A stretch of DNA of 62,502 bases from Patescibacteria group bacterium (lineage in GTDB: Bacteria > Patescibacteriota > Microgenomatia > UBA1400 > UBA1449): assembly GCA_050942955.1 (NCBI GenBank), contig JBMNOG010000007.1, forward strand, positions 1 through 62,502, in the 5' to 3' direction. The first letter of the stretch is position 1. Each line of letters begins with the position of its first letter. Position numbers and translations under genes: made by a program. Below the pieces are notes generated by a model. That model saw only the letters and a list, made by a program, of their open reading frames with translations, was not told the origin of the DNA and searched no databases. Positions 26,438 to 36,694 of this stretch are shown piece after piece.

Positions 26438-28459
26438 TTACAGTCTTCTTTTTTTTGTGGAAGACTTTGAAGTAGTTTTTTTCGGAGATTTTGCCTGGAC
26501 CTTTTCCCTTGGTTTGGGCTTATTCCAGCTTGCCCATTTACAGTTAGGATAAGCACTACAGCCATAAAATTGCCTGCCCTTTTTCGTTCTTCGGATAATT
26601 ACATCCCCTTTGCCACAGTCAGGGCACTTCATGTCTACTTTTTCAACATAGTTTTGAGTGTACTTGCAGTCTGGGAAACGGGAACATGAAAGAAACTTTC
26701 CAAACCTTCCCACCCGGATAACCACATCTCCCTCTTTACACTCCGGACACTTTTTCCCAGTCTTTTCAACCTCAATCTTTACCCTTTCGGCATTTTTCTC
26801 CACTAACTTAACCTTTTTACTGAAAGGGTTAAAAAAGTTAGCAATCACCGGTTCCCACTTGCGGGTACCATTGGCAATCTCATCCAAATCCTCTTCAATA
26901 CTGGCTGTAAAGTCATAGTCCATCACTTTATCAAAATTCTTATTAAGAAACTCCGTAACTGCAATCCCTACTTGAGTTGGCTGGAACCTTTTTTCGACTT
27001 TCTCTACATATCTTCGTGCTTGAATTGTAGAAATAGTCGGGGCGTAAGTTGAAGGTCTACCAATTCCTCTTTTTTCCAGAGCTTTAATCAGCGTGCTTTC
27101 AGAGTACCGAGCTGGTGGCTGGGTAAACTTCTGCTCTGACAAGACTTGCAACAAATCCAAAACTTCGCCAGTTTCAAGCTCAGGTAGAAGATTAAACTCC
27201 TGCTGTTTACCATACACTTTCCGCCAACCATCAAATAACTGGATCTCACCTGTAGTTTTAAGAAGATATCTGCCGGTAGAAACCACTACATCAGTTTTGG
27301 CAACTCGGGCTTCAGCCATTTGACTGGCAAGAAAGCGGTTGTAAATGAGCTGGTATAGTCTTCTGCCATTTACTCCACAGTTTTTCTCAACTATTTCAAA
27401 AGAGCGTTTAAGACTGGTAGGCCTGATAGCCTCATGAGCTTCCTGGGCTAGCTTTGAGTTAGTCTTAAAAACACGGGGTTTTTCAGGTTTATACTCTTTG
27501 CCATAATTAGTCTGGATGTACTCAGCAGCCATAACTAGAGCCTCTTTAGAAAGAGAGAGCGAGTCAGTACGGTGGTAGGTTATGTACCCATGCTCATAAA
27601 GCTGCTGAGCCTGGCGCATTGTGTTTTTTGAAGACCAGCCAAATAGGTTGGCAGCGCTGCGCTGCAAGGTTGAGGTAATAAACGGAGGCATAGGGCCTTG
27701 TTTAACTTCTCGTTTCTGAATATCCTCAACTGTGTAACTGGCTTTTTTAAGGTCAGCTACAATTGTTTTTGCAGTTTTGCCGTTCGAAACTTTTGCAGTT
27801 TTGCCATCAATTTTGTAAAGGTCAATAATAAACGTATCTTTCTTCTTTCTTTTTTTGCTAACCTCAGCTTTAATTTCCCAATATTCTTCGGGCTTAAAGG
27901 CTTCGATCTCTTTTTCGCGGTCAACAATGAGCTTGACGGCTACCGACTGTACACGACCAGCTGAAAGACCCCGACGCACCTTTTTCCAAAGTACCGGAGA
28001 TAGTTTGTACCCTACCAACCTATCCAATACCCTCCTTGCCTGCTGGGCATCAACTAAGTCCATATTAATAGTTGTTGGATTTTCCAAAGCATGAAGAATG
28101 GCTGATTTAGTTATTTCATGGAATGTAGCTCTTACAAATTTGGGTTTTTTAACTTTTTTAAGAGCTTCTTCAATAAGATATTGTACATGGAATCCAATAG
28201 CTTCCCCTTCTCGGTCAGGGTCGGTAGCAATCACAATTCTTCCGGCTTTTTTACTGGCACTTTTAAGCTGGTTTAGAATTTTTTCTTTACCTTCAACAAT
28301 CTCGTATGTAGGTTTAAAGTTGTTTTCGATATCTATTCCAATCTTACTTTTAGGTAAATCCCGGATATGCCCCATTGAAGCCATAACCTCATAGCCATTA
28401 CCCAAATAACGGCTTAAGGTCTTTGCTTTTGTCGGTGATTCAACAACGATCAACTCCAT
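26438..28459 (-). CDS. topA: DNA topoisomerase I
   Basis: LIVVESPTKAKT, GHIRDLP, ATDPDREGE, SAGRVQS, LYEHGYITYHRTDS, GIGRPSTY, C-terminal zinc ribbons; ATG at 28459 or 28465. Confidence 0.97.
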   Translation of the reverse strand: MELIVVESPTKAKTLSRYLGNGYEVMASMGHIRDLPKSKIGIDIENNFKPTYEIVEGKEKILNQLKSASKKAGRIVIATDPDREGEAIGFHVQYLIEEALKKVKKPKFVRATFHEITKSAILHALENPTTINMDLVDAQQARRVLDRLVGYKLSPVLWKKVRRGLSAGRVQSVAVKLIVDREKEIEAFKPEEYWEIKAEVSKKRKKKDTFIIDLYKIDGKTAKVSNGKTAKTIVADLKKASYTVEDIQKREVKQGPMPPFITSTLQRSAANLFGWSSKNTMRQAQQLYEHGYITYHRTDSLSLSKEALVMAAEYIQTNYGKEYKPEKPRVFKTNSKLAQEAHEAIRPTSLKRSFEIVEKNCGVNGRRLYQLIYNRFLASQMAEARVAKTDVVVSTGRYLLKTTGEIQLFDGWRKVYGKQQEFNLLPELETGEVLDLLQVLSEQKFTQPPARYSESTLIKALEKRGIGRPSTYAPTISTIQARRYVEKVEKRFQPTQVGIAVTEFLNKNFDKVMDYDFTASIEEDLDEIANGTRKWEPVIANFFNPFSKKVKLVEKNAERVKIEVEKTGKKCPECKEGDVVIRVGRFGKFLSCSRFPDCKYTQNYVEKVDMKCPDCGKGDVIIRRTKKGRQFYGCSAYPNCKWASWNKPKPREKVQAKSPKKTTSKSSTKKRRL

Positions 28460-28564
28460 AGTCATCTACTATAACGTAAAAATAAAAATTGCAAAATACC
28501 AAAAACAGAGAGATTATATCAATGACAAGAAGAGGCCTTTCACAGCAAATCTGTACACTGCCAT

Positions 28565-29668
28565 TTACACTACCATGTAGTTGCCATCTCCAAGGTTTTT
28601 GACAAGTCCTTTAATTTCCATCAGCGTAAGGCAGGTAGTAACAGTCGCAATAGGTAAACGGGTTTCCCGGGTAATAACATCTATGTGCTGGGTCCCCTTT
28701 TGTAAATACTGCCAGATTTTTTTATGTTTTTTATCTGAAAATGACGGCTGGGACTGAGAAAACGGAGCACATTTTTCTGGGACATCATTAAACAAGGTAA
28801 GATTTAGCTCATCAATAATATCTTTTTCACTCATAACCAGTTTGGCTCCCAATTGGATAAGTTCTGCTGGACCGGTAGACATTGGACTGGTAATTGAACC
28901 AGGAACTGCAAAAACGTCGCGGTTTTGGTCAAGCGCCAACATAGCTGTTATCTTACTCCCTGATTTGCTGGCTCCCTCTGTGACTAACACCCCCAAAGAC
29001 ATTCCCGAGATAATTCTATTACGGGCTGGGAAATTTCCAGGAGAAGGCTTTGTCTGGGGTGGATACTCTGAAAGTAAAGCTCCGTTTTTTAGAATATCCT
29101 GGGATAATTGCCTGTGTTCGGGTGGGTAGATTTGATCTAGACCAGAACCTAAGACTGCAATCGTCCTCCCTCCATTTTCTAAAGCTGTGCGGTGGGCAAT
29201 GCCGTCAACTCCTCGGGCAAGCCCTGAAATAATCGTAAGATTGTGAAGCACAAGCCCAGCAACCAGTCGCTGGGTCACTTCCCTGCCATAGGGTGTAACT
29301 TTGCGAGTACCTACTACCGCCAGTGTGTTCACATCTTGGGGTAACATCGCACCTTTTAAAAACAAGCCAATTGGACAATCCGGAATTTGTTTTAGCAGTT
29401 GCGGGAATTGAGGATTATTGGAGGGCAAGTACGATATTCCCAATTTTGCCAGAAGTTCTTTTTCTTTCGAAATATCAAATTCCTGTTTATGCTGAGCTAC
29501 TTCAACAGTGATGTTCCGGGGAAAACCTAGTTTTTGCCAAGTCCCTATCGGACTGTTCCAGGCTTTTTCTGCTGTACCAAACACCTGCAAAATTTGAGTA
29601 AACCTTTTCGGTCCAATGCCATTACAGTAGTGAAATGCTAAGTAATAATCTGGCTCAGAAAGCACCAT
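28565..29668 (-). CDS. dprA: DNA-processing protein DprA
   Basis: AVVGTR..TPYG, IISGLARGVDG.AH, FPARNRIISG, SGSKITA, FAVPG, C-terminal winged helix; ATG at 29668 preferred. Confidence 0.95.
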   Translation of the reverse strand: MVLSEPDYYLAFHYCNGIGPKRFTQILQVFGTAEKAWNSPIGTWQKLGFPRNITVEVAQHKQEFDISKEKELLAKLGISYLPSNNPQFPQLLKQIPDCPIGLFLKGAMLPQDVNTLAVVGTRKVTPYGREVTQRLVAGLVLHNLTIISGLARGVDGIAHRTALENGGRTIAVLGSGLDQIYPPEHRQLSQDILKNGALLSEYPPQTKPSPGNFPARNRIISGMSLGVLVTEGASKSGSKITAMLALDQNRDVFAVPGSITSPMSTGPAELIQLGAKLVMSEKDIIDELNLTLFNDVPEKCAPFSQSQPSFSDKKHKKIWQYLQKGTQHIDVITRETRLPIATVTTCLTLMEIKGLVKNLGDGNYMVV

Positions 29669-29789
29669 AATCTGGCTAAAGTTAAGGTTCAGAATAACAG
29701 TAATACATAACAAATCAATCTAGTTCTGCTGCCTAGTGCCTGCTCAAAGCTGTTTCACAACTTACAATCTGTTGCCAATTACACATCAC

Positions 29790-31430
29790 TTATTGCTTAC
29801 CTTCAAACCATGTCTTCAATACTTCTCTTGCAACCGGCGCAGCTTCATCCGAACCCTGTCCGGCATCTTCTAAAAGGACAGTTACTATAATCTCTGGATT
29901 TTCAGCCGGGGCAAAAACCGTAAACCATGCATGAGTTTTCTGCTCCATTTTCCTATGGTTTTCAAAGGTCCCTGTTTCAGCAGTACCCGTTTTACAGGCT
30001 ACAGGAATTTTTACCAGTGAAGCAGAACTGCTATCTTGCCTGAAATAGTTTGTATCATCAGGTATAAGGTTAGGGTTATTAACAGCAAAGTTAAACAGCG
30101 GCCAGCCTGTACCTCCAGGCTCGCAAGCCTTAATTAAGCCTTTCTTTACTGTATTTAAGGTTTTGGTTTTAACTGTAAGTTGCCTACAGCGGTTTTTTTC
30201 AAAGGTGCTAACAGGATCAAGTGTATGAGAAGGCTCGTCTACCACAGCGCTGACTAAACTCGGCTCGCACACCCACCCATCATTGGCTACTGCCGTCATC
30301 ATCATGTGAACCTGTAGAGGCGTCACCTGCAAGTTTCCCTGTCCAATAGAAGTGATGTAAGTATCACCCAAGTACCAGTCTTCTCCCAGCGTTTCTTGTT
30401 TCCATTGCTTATCAGGAACCAGTCCCTTGGCTTCACCGGTTAAAGTAATGCCTGTAACACTACCAAAGCCAAACTGGCGAGCCCATTCTGCTAAACTGGT
30501 TATTTCTAGCTTTTCACCAATTTCATAAAAATAAATATCATTAGACCTCTGCAAAGCTTTGGTAACATCAACCATGCCATCAGTTTTCCCCTGCTGAGAA
30601 TAGTACCAGTTACCAAAAGTCGAGCCGCCAACTGAAATTTGTCCAGTATCTTCAATGAGTGTTTTTTCAGTGATTACCTCATTTTCCAAAGCAGCCACTG
30701 AAGTAACAATTTTAAATGGCGACGCCGGAGGGTAAAGACCGGAAATTGCCCTATTGAACATAGGTTTATCAGGATCTGTAAACAAGTTAGTGATGTAAGA
30801 GTTAATTTCGGGATTGTCTTCTCCAGCAAGAAGTTTAGTAAAGGCATTAGGATCAAAGGAGGGATGAACTGCCAAAGCTAAAAGTTTACCGTCGATAGTC
30901 CCGGCTACAACTGCTCCGCGGTAATTACCTTTTTTTAAAGCTTCATAAGCACTGTGCTGAACCTTTTGGTCAAGCGTAAGTTGAATATGTCTCCCAGGAA
31001 CCGGAGGTTTTTTTGAAAAAACCCGAACTTTTTCTCCACTAGCTGAAAACTCTTCTACCATCCCCCCATCAATCCCACGAAGCAAACTATCCTCAGACCT
31101 TTCTAAACCCATCTTACCAACATGTCGTCCCATTTCTACTCCGAACAAGCTCAGCTCTTCCGCATCAGCTTCACCAATGTAGCCAATAACGTGAGCCATC
31201 TTTTCGGCAAAAGGGTATGTTCTTACTCCATTGTTTTCTTCAGTTAGTGCTATACCGCGCACATCGTAAAACAACCCCCTGGGAGCTTCCAATGTTTTAA
31301 TTCTGAACCGATTTTGTTCAGAGCGCCTAACTTGTTCTCTGCCCTGAACTACCTGTAACCTAAAAGCCTGGGCAAGAAGCACTAAGCTAGTACCTAACAA
31401 AAAAAACCAGGAGAAGTAGATAGTCTTCAT
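29790..31430 (-). CDS. mrdA: penicillin-binding protein 2 (class B transpeptidase)
   Basis: N-terminal TM helix, APRG..YD, R.YP, GKMGLE, YPPASPFK (SxxK), SND (SxN), KTGTAE. Confidence 0.9.
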   Translation of the reverse strand: MKTIYFSWFFLLGTSLVLLAQAFRLQVVQGREQVRRSEQNRFRIKTLEAPRGLFYDVRGIALTEENNGVRTYPFAEKMAHVIGYIGEADAEELSLFGVEMGRHVGKMGLERSEDSLLRGIDGGMVEEFSASGEKVRVFSKKPPVPGRHIQLTLDQKVQHSAYEALKKGNYRGAVVAGTIDGKLLALAVHPSFDPNAFTKLLAGEDNPEINSYITNLFTDPDKPMFNRAISGLYPPASPFKIVTSVAALENEVITEKTLIEDTGQISVGGSTFGNWYYSQQGKTDGMVDVTKALQRSNDIYFYEIGEKLEITSLAEWARQFGFGSVTGITLTGEAKGLVPDKQWKQETLGEDWYLGDTYITSIGQGNLQVTPLQVHMMMTAVANDGWVCEPSLVSAVVDEPSHTLDPVSTFEKNRCRQLTVKTKTLNTVKKGLIKACEPGGTGWPLFNFAVNNPNLIPDDTNYFRQDSSSASLVKIPVACKTGTAETGTFENHRKMEQKTHAWFTVFAPAENPEIIVTVLLEDAGQGSDEAAPVAREVLKTWFEGKQ

Positions 31431-31546
31431 ATGACAATGATAATCTGAGGCAAGAAATTAGTAAATAGCAAGAAAGATTAAAATCCAGCGAGTAAGCGGT
31501 AAAAAATTATCGGAAATTCCTATCCCAAGCCACGTATTTTCCGTCT

Positions 31547-34480
31547 TTATGGTGCCACTTCTCTCCAGGAGTAGCTGAATACCTTCATCTGATTTATAGT
31601 TCTTAGCGTGTTGGCAATATCGATCCTGGGAACTAGGGTTTCTGCAGGGGTATTTATATTGTCGCTTGATCCCAAATTTCTGTTTAGTCGTATACCAGAC
31701 CAACCAACAAAACTTCCCTGCATGCTAAGTGGCAAAGAAATATGGTTAATATCATCTGCAGTAATAATCAAACCATTAGCTATATAGAAACCGTCTATTC
31801 TAGTAACAACATCGTCAACAGCAATATCTCCTGAAGCAACAACCAGTAAAGCACTTCCTGAAACAATTTCAATGTTCCCAGCAATTTCAACATCTCCATG
31901 ATGAATAAGGGCAAATTTTTTACTACCGTTCACCACCAGTGGGCCAATTACTAAAGGTGATTCACTAGGATTTTCGTTATCTATAGCCCAACCGGTAGCA
32001 TATATATGAAAATTAGTATTAGCAGGCAGATTTCCCTCCCACACTTCCAGGTCGCTGTCAAACTTCTGCCGCCAATAGCTATAATCAAAGCGCCTGGCCT
32101 CATATCTACCGCTTCGGGTTCTGACTACCGGTCCTGGATTATAAAACCTTCCGAGGTTAATGTCATTTTCCTCTGTCCTTGTAGCAAAACCGGACTGAGT
32201 AAAGAAATTAACCGCATTAGTCGGCAACTCTGAAGTAATACCGCCATCGTCAGCGTGGATCCCCCCACCTCCCAACTGGTACCAAGGCCTGGTTTCGAAA
32301 GTGAACTGCTCAACATCAGAATCCTTGCTTATAAGCCCATTGGTAGCCCTAGCCCAAATATCATAAGTAACATTGTTTTCAAAAGAAACCCCAAGAGGAC
32401 AACTCCAAGTACCGCTTCCAGTTTCACTTCCCCCGATGTTGCTACAACCAACTACCGTGTATGATCCCGTGCCCTCTTTTTTGTAAAATAGAATCACTCT
32501 GTTGTTAACTGCTCCATCATAACAATCGTTCATATGTACATCAAGCTGAGGAACATAGTTTTCCGGTACAAAACCGCCAGCAGGCACGTTAATTACCGGC
32601 TTACTGGGAAGGCAAACTGTTCCTGTAGTTGAGCTTGAACAGCTTGGGCCAGCATTCGAGACTGTGAGAGTTACTGTTCTATTCTGATGTGTGGCACTAT
32701 CATTGTTATAGGTATGGGTAGATGTACTAACCGGACTGTTTGAAAGAGTTGTTCCGTCCCCAAAATTCCAAGAGTAGGTTGAGGTAAACTGAGATGCGGA
32801 AGCGTCAAATTCTACTGTATCCATCTCTTGATTTCCAAGCTGGCTGCTATCATATTCGGGACTCAATGTAAAACTAGCTACTGGCCGATTATACACAGTG
32901 ATACGCCGGGAAGTTGCTGCAGTAGTTCCGCCAGGACCGCTACAGCTTAAGGCAATATCATGGTACTGACTAATTGCTGTCCCGGAACTATTGTTAAAAC
33001 TCCGAGTAAAAGAAGCTGATGAGTCTCTGATTTGAGTAGTTACTCCTCCTCCTTCCCGGGTATATGTCCAGGTAAAACTAGTTGCATTTGTAGAAGCACT
33101 GGCATCCAAAGTAAAGCTGGCTGATCCTGCCGTTTCACAAGCACTGGAAGGAGCTACAGTAAAACTGCAGGTAGGAATAGGTTCACATCTTCCGGTAGTG
33201 CTATTGTAGGCGTATCCAGCATTACAGGCATACTCACACTTCCTGGTAGAAGTGCAAGCAGGCACAATAACATTTGACAGGTTATGAGTCGGGACACTGG
33301 TATTATCACCTGAACATAATGTTGCATTAGTAGGAATACCGGTGGTACTGCACGTATTAGCTGCACAGATATTACTCTCTCGATGATAGTAGGCATTGCA
33401 AAAATACTCGCATTTGGGAACGCCACAGCTATCAACTAAAGTAACGGCAGTATCACTTGTTAAGCCTGTATTGTCATTGCTGCACATAGTTGAGTTAGCT
33501 GGAGCACCCCCAACACACTGGAATGGTGTGTAATGCCACCACAAATCAGCATACCCTCCAGATGGGCAGTTTATAGTTATGGGTGTAGTCTGACCCCCGC
33601 TAATTGGGGGGTATATAGGAGGATCACCGTGACAGTCAGTTCTATTAGCACAGTACGTGTACCCAGCCTTATACCCCGAAGGCACAGAAACATGAACCTT
33701 TCTGTCTCCAGCAGTGATATTACTAAAAAAGTAGGGATTAGCAGTAGTAGTGTGGTAACTAATTACTCCTGGAGATGGATTATATTCCAAATAAACTGTC
33801 TGCCCCCCAATAGTAGGATTACTTGAGGGTTGTTTGTATCCCTGGATAGTACACTGCGGCGAAATTGTAAAAAGTACGTTATACCTCCAATCCACACCAG
33901 TATTCATAAGAAATTCAGCCGTACAACCAGACCCACTTGCAATTACTTCATAGTTGTTATGAGCATCACGCAGATACCACTCTTTACAAATGTATCCGCA
34001 TTCTGAGGGTGGCGTCAGAGTTAAGGTTACATTTTTGTCTTTGATAGCATCCATAACATCGAAGTGTCTATCTATCCATATTACTTCCCCTATCGAAGAA
34101 GTTACCTCCATTTCGTGAGATAAGGCAGCCCCACAGTCTGTGCTATCTGTATGCATCCAGTCTCTACTCCCATCCCACACTGTACCGTTAAAATCTGCAT
34201 AATCAGTATCATCTCCTCCGCCGCCGCCAGGACAGCCACATAAACAACATTCCCCTGCTACGCAGTTATCAAACTCATCTCTACTGCAACACTCATGCCA
34301 GCCACAGCTATCATATTCTGCTTTGCAGTAGTTGCCATCAACTACACAGTCGTGATCATCGGCCCAGCCTTCACAAGGACAAGAGCCACAGGTAGCACAG
34401 GCAAATACCTCCGTAGGTTTTACCCCTTTTATAGCCACTAATAAAGCAAGTGCCAGGAATGCAATAAGTATTTTTTTCAC
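31547..34480 (-). CDS. large secreted Cys-rich surface protein with PKD domains and a conserved C-terminal domain ending WREVAP
   Basis: Signal peptide ending VFA, Cys-rich repeats, PKD (FDASAS...YSWNFGDG...HTY...VTLTVSN), C-terminal region paralogous to 36695-40672. Confidence 0.85.
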   Translation of the reverse strand: MKKILIAFLALALLVAIKGVKPTEVFACATCGSCPCEGWADDHDCVVDGNYCKAEYDSCGWHECCSRDEFDNCVAGECCLCGCPGGGGGDDTDYADFNGTVWDGSRDWMHTDSTDCGAALSHEMEVTSSIGEVIWIDRHFDVMDAIKDKNVTLTLTPPSECGYICKEWYLRDAHNNYEVIASGSGCTAEFLMNTGVDWRYNVLFTISPQCTIQGYKQPSSNPTIGGQTVYLEYNPSPGVISYHTTTANPYFFSNITAGDRKVHVSVPSGYKAGYTYCANRTDCHGDPPIYPPISGGQTTPITINCPSGGYADLWWHYTPFQCVGGAPANSTMCSNDNTGLTSDTAVTLVDSCGVPKCEYFCNAYYHRESNICAANTCSTTGIPTNATLCSGDNTSVPTHNLSNVIVPACTSTRKCEYACNAGYAYNSTTGRCEPIPTCSFTVAPSSACETAGSASFTLDASASTNATSFTWTYTREGGGVTTQIRDSSASFTRSFNNSSGTAISQYHDIALSCSGPGGTTAATSRRITVYNRPVASFTLSPEYDSSQLGNQEMDTVEFDASASQFTSTYSWNFGDGTTLSNSPVSTSTHTYNNDSATHQNRTVTLTVSNAGPSCSSSTTGTVCLPSKPVINVPAGGFVPENYVPQLDVHMNDCYDGAVNNRVILFYKKEGTGSYTVVGCSNIGGSETGSGTWSCPLGVSFENNVTYDIWARATNGLISKDSDVEQFTFETRPWYQLGGGGIHADDGGITSELPTNAVNFFTQSGFATRTEENDINLGRFYNPGPVVRTRSGRYEARRFDYSYWRQKFDSDLEVWEGNLPANTNFHIYATGWAIDNENPSESPLVIGPLVVNGSKKFALIHHGDVEIAGNIEIVSGSALLVVASGDIAVDDVVTRIDGFYIANGLIITADDINHISLPLSMQGSFVGWSGIRLNRNLGSSDNINTPAETLVPRIDIANTLRTINQMKVFSYSWREVAP

Positions 34481-34947
34481 AGGCTTCTAGTTTCAATCAC
34501 TGTAATAGTTTTCACAAAATTACACATATCATCGGTGCAGAGCGAAGTTATTCTAGTAGCACCAGGTTTTAAATCAGATAAGGAAGTTGGTTCTTGTACA
34601 ATCTTCCCCTTATCATTTCGGTATATTCTACGCACCAATACAGTATCATCAAAATATGTTGTTTTTTCATGCTCTACAGTTTCGAGCACCATTTGTTTTG
34701 ATCTCTCATCAATAGATTTGATCCATCCAGTAATTTCGTATACCTTTTCCCCTTCTATTGTGTAATTCCTAACACCACCTGCCTTTTTAACTCCCAGAAG
34801 TTCATCTCCGGGAGACATTCCTTCTTCTTTTGGGGCAATCTCTTTAGCAGCATTCATATTATTTCTTTGTGTAAGGAAATAAAGTGCTGCAGCACTTATG
34901 AGAAAGGCAGTAAAGAAAAGGATAATTATACTAGTCTTTTCCATCAT
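34477..34947 (-). CDS. membrane-anchored hypothetical protein
   Basis: N-terminal TM helix; 4-nt overlap with the downstream gene; TATCAT 7 nt before the ATG. Confidence 0.7.
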   Translation of the reverse strand: MMEKTSIIILFFTAFLISAAALYFLTQRNNMNAAKEIAPKEEGMSPGDELLGVKKAGGVRNYTIEGEKVYEITGWIKSIDERSKQMVLETVEHEKTTYFDDTVLVRRIYRNDKGKIVQEPTSLSDLKPGATRITSLCTDDMCNFVKTITVIETRSL

Positions 34948-35043
34948 TAGACTAATGATATGCGAAGTTGGAACAAAAAAGCAAGTACAGTTAAAGGTGG
35001 TAATATCGAAGACTCAGTGCAAACAGGCAAAATAACCTACCTA

Positions 35044-36453
35044 CTACCAGTTTTGAGAACTTCTTCTCAGCACTTGAATTACATTATAAGGTGGGGTTCC
35101 ATACCCTGAATAATCATAGGATCGTAAAATTAGAATTACTTGCCCACTATTTGGTTGTACCCAGTTATCTCTAGATAAAATTGCGTATATTTCCTCAGGA
35201 CTTGAAGTCTCATAAATCCTACTAGCACCTTGCATAGCTCGTATAACCTGGAAGATTGTGTTTTGAGGTGGCAAACTGACCTCGGCAATGTTTTCTCCAT
35301 CTTTTGAAATATTCACCCTAATCTTAACATTCCCTTGCTCATCAATCCCTTCCACACCCAAAAAATAGCCGTTCCAAACACTCGCCTGGCGTCCCGGTTC
35401 GGTTGAATGGAACTCTCTCCAGTTATTCCCCTCTGGCCAGACATTACTCTCATCCATAGAACCGGAAAATGGGGGAATGCGGTCAAAAATCTCTGGCAGT
35501 GGGATAGTTGACACATCTGGTCTGCGTAAGCCTCCAGTTGCTTCTGGTGTAGGAACTGGAGCCTGGGTAGCCGTCGGTGCTTCAGTTAGAGCCTCAGGCG
35601 TAGCCTGGAAAACTACTCCCTCAGTGGGTGTTACTTCAATAGTTGGTGTTGGTTGAGGAGTTACAGTTGGAGGTTCCGGTGTTGGGGTTGGTGGTAATTC
35701 ATCTAAGGATAAAGCCTGCAATTCTTCGACTTTCTCATTAGTAGTAATGTAGTCAGAAGCTCCACTCACCCAGGCAGACTGTTCAACTCCTTTACCATCA
35801 ACAAAGCGGACTTGTAACCAGCCGTTAGGAGCTTTGGCCACTACTTCAACCGATGTCCCTTTAGGGATACCTCCAATCCGGTCATACTCTATACCAGGAC
35901 CAATACGCATATTAAGATTTACCTTTGTTACCGCCCCGGGAGTTTCTTCTGCTGTTGGGGTAGGAACTGCTTCAGAGGTCAAGTGAGCCTGCTGAGCTTC
36001 CATATAGGCATTCCAAGTCGCTATGTCGGCTTCAGTAGCTTCAGATTCATTAGTTTGATCTTCTGGCTGTGGAACAAGCTTATCAAATAGCGGCTGAATT
36101 TCTTCAGGTAAACCTTCTCTAAACTCTTCACTTCCTCCCGCTGGCCAGGGTGTGATTGTAGGTCTAGGAGTATCTGTTGGCAGAGGTGTAGCAGTAGATT
36201 CAGAGGTTTCAGACGGAGATACAGTAGGTGTTTCACTAATTGCAGACAAAGACCCTGGATCAGGTGTAATACCTACCTCAGGCGTTATCATTTCTTCCGG
36301 AATTACTGGTGTAGTTATTGGTGTTTCGCTGCCTTTTGAAACTCCTTCAGCTGAAGGAGTTGTTCTTTCACATCCTGCACCACCAAAAGCTAGAGCTGTA
36401 AGCAGAGCTATTCTGGCAGCAATGTTTCTAGGACTTTTTTCTATGTTAGCCAT
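35044..36453 (-). CDS. Pro/Thr-rich putative lipoprotein with SH3b domain
   Basis: Lipobox-like GAGC, SH3b NLNMRIGPGIEYDRIGGIPKG..VEV....NGWLQV, PT linkers. Confidence 0.85.
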   Translation of the reverse strand: MANIEKSPRNIAARIALLTALAFGGAGCERTTPSAEGVSKGSETPITTPVIPEEMITPEVGITPDPGSLSAISETPTVSPSETSESTATPLPTDTPRPTITPWPAGGSEEFREGLPEEIQPLFDKLVPQPEDQTNESEATEADIATWNAYMEAQQAHLTSEAVPTPTAEETPGAVTKVNLNMRIGPGIEYDRIGGIPKGTSVEVVAKAPNGWLQVRFVDGKGVEQSAWVSGASDYITTNEKVEELQALSLDELPPTPTPEPPTVTPQPTPTIEVTPTEGVVFQATPEALTEAPTATQAPVPTPEATGGLRRPDVSTIPLPEIFDRIPPFSGSMDESNVWPEGNNWREFHSTEPGRQASVWNGYFLGVEGIDEQGNVKIRVNISKDGENIAEVSLPPQNTIFQVIRAMQGASRIYETSSPEEIYAILSRDNWVQPNSGQVILILRSYDYSGYGTPPYNVIQVLRRSSQNW

Positions 36454-36694
36454 AAGTATCCTTTTTTTGAAATTAAAATCCTATAATTATCTTGAATTAT
36501 ACCAAAAAAACTAATCTTATATGATACATACCTATTACATACAATATATTATTGTCCGATAGTATTTGTAAGGCAAAAGGTATTATGGGGAAAAATTTGC
36601 AATTAAGATACGAAGAAGTGACTTATTTCTGATACCATTCTCAATAAGTCTTACACTCAAAAGTTTTACATTTGAGAAGCTGCACGCATTCTCT

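Noticed and set aside
23720-28459. Inteins or introns in nrdJ and topA
   Set aside because: Lengths are normal, motifs are contiguous, and no intein splice-junction or endonuclease motifs were seen
31458-31703. 81-aa minus-strand ORF as a possible mreD
   Set aside because: Overlaps the large surface gene in another frame and lacks MreD-like multi-TM character
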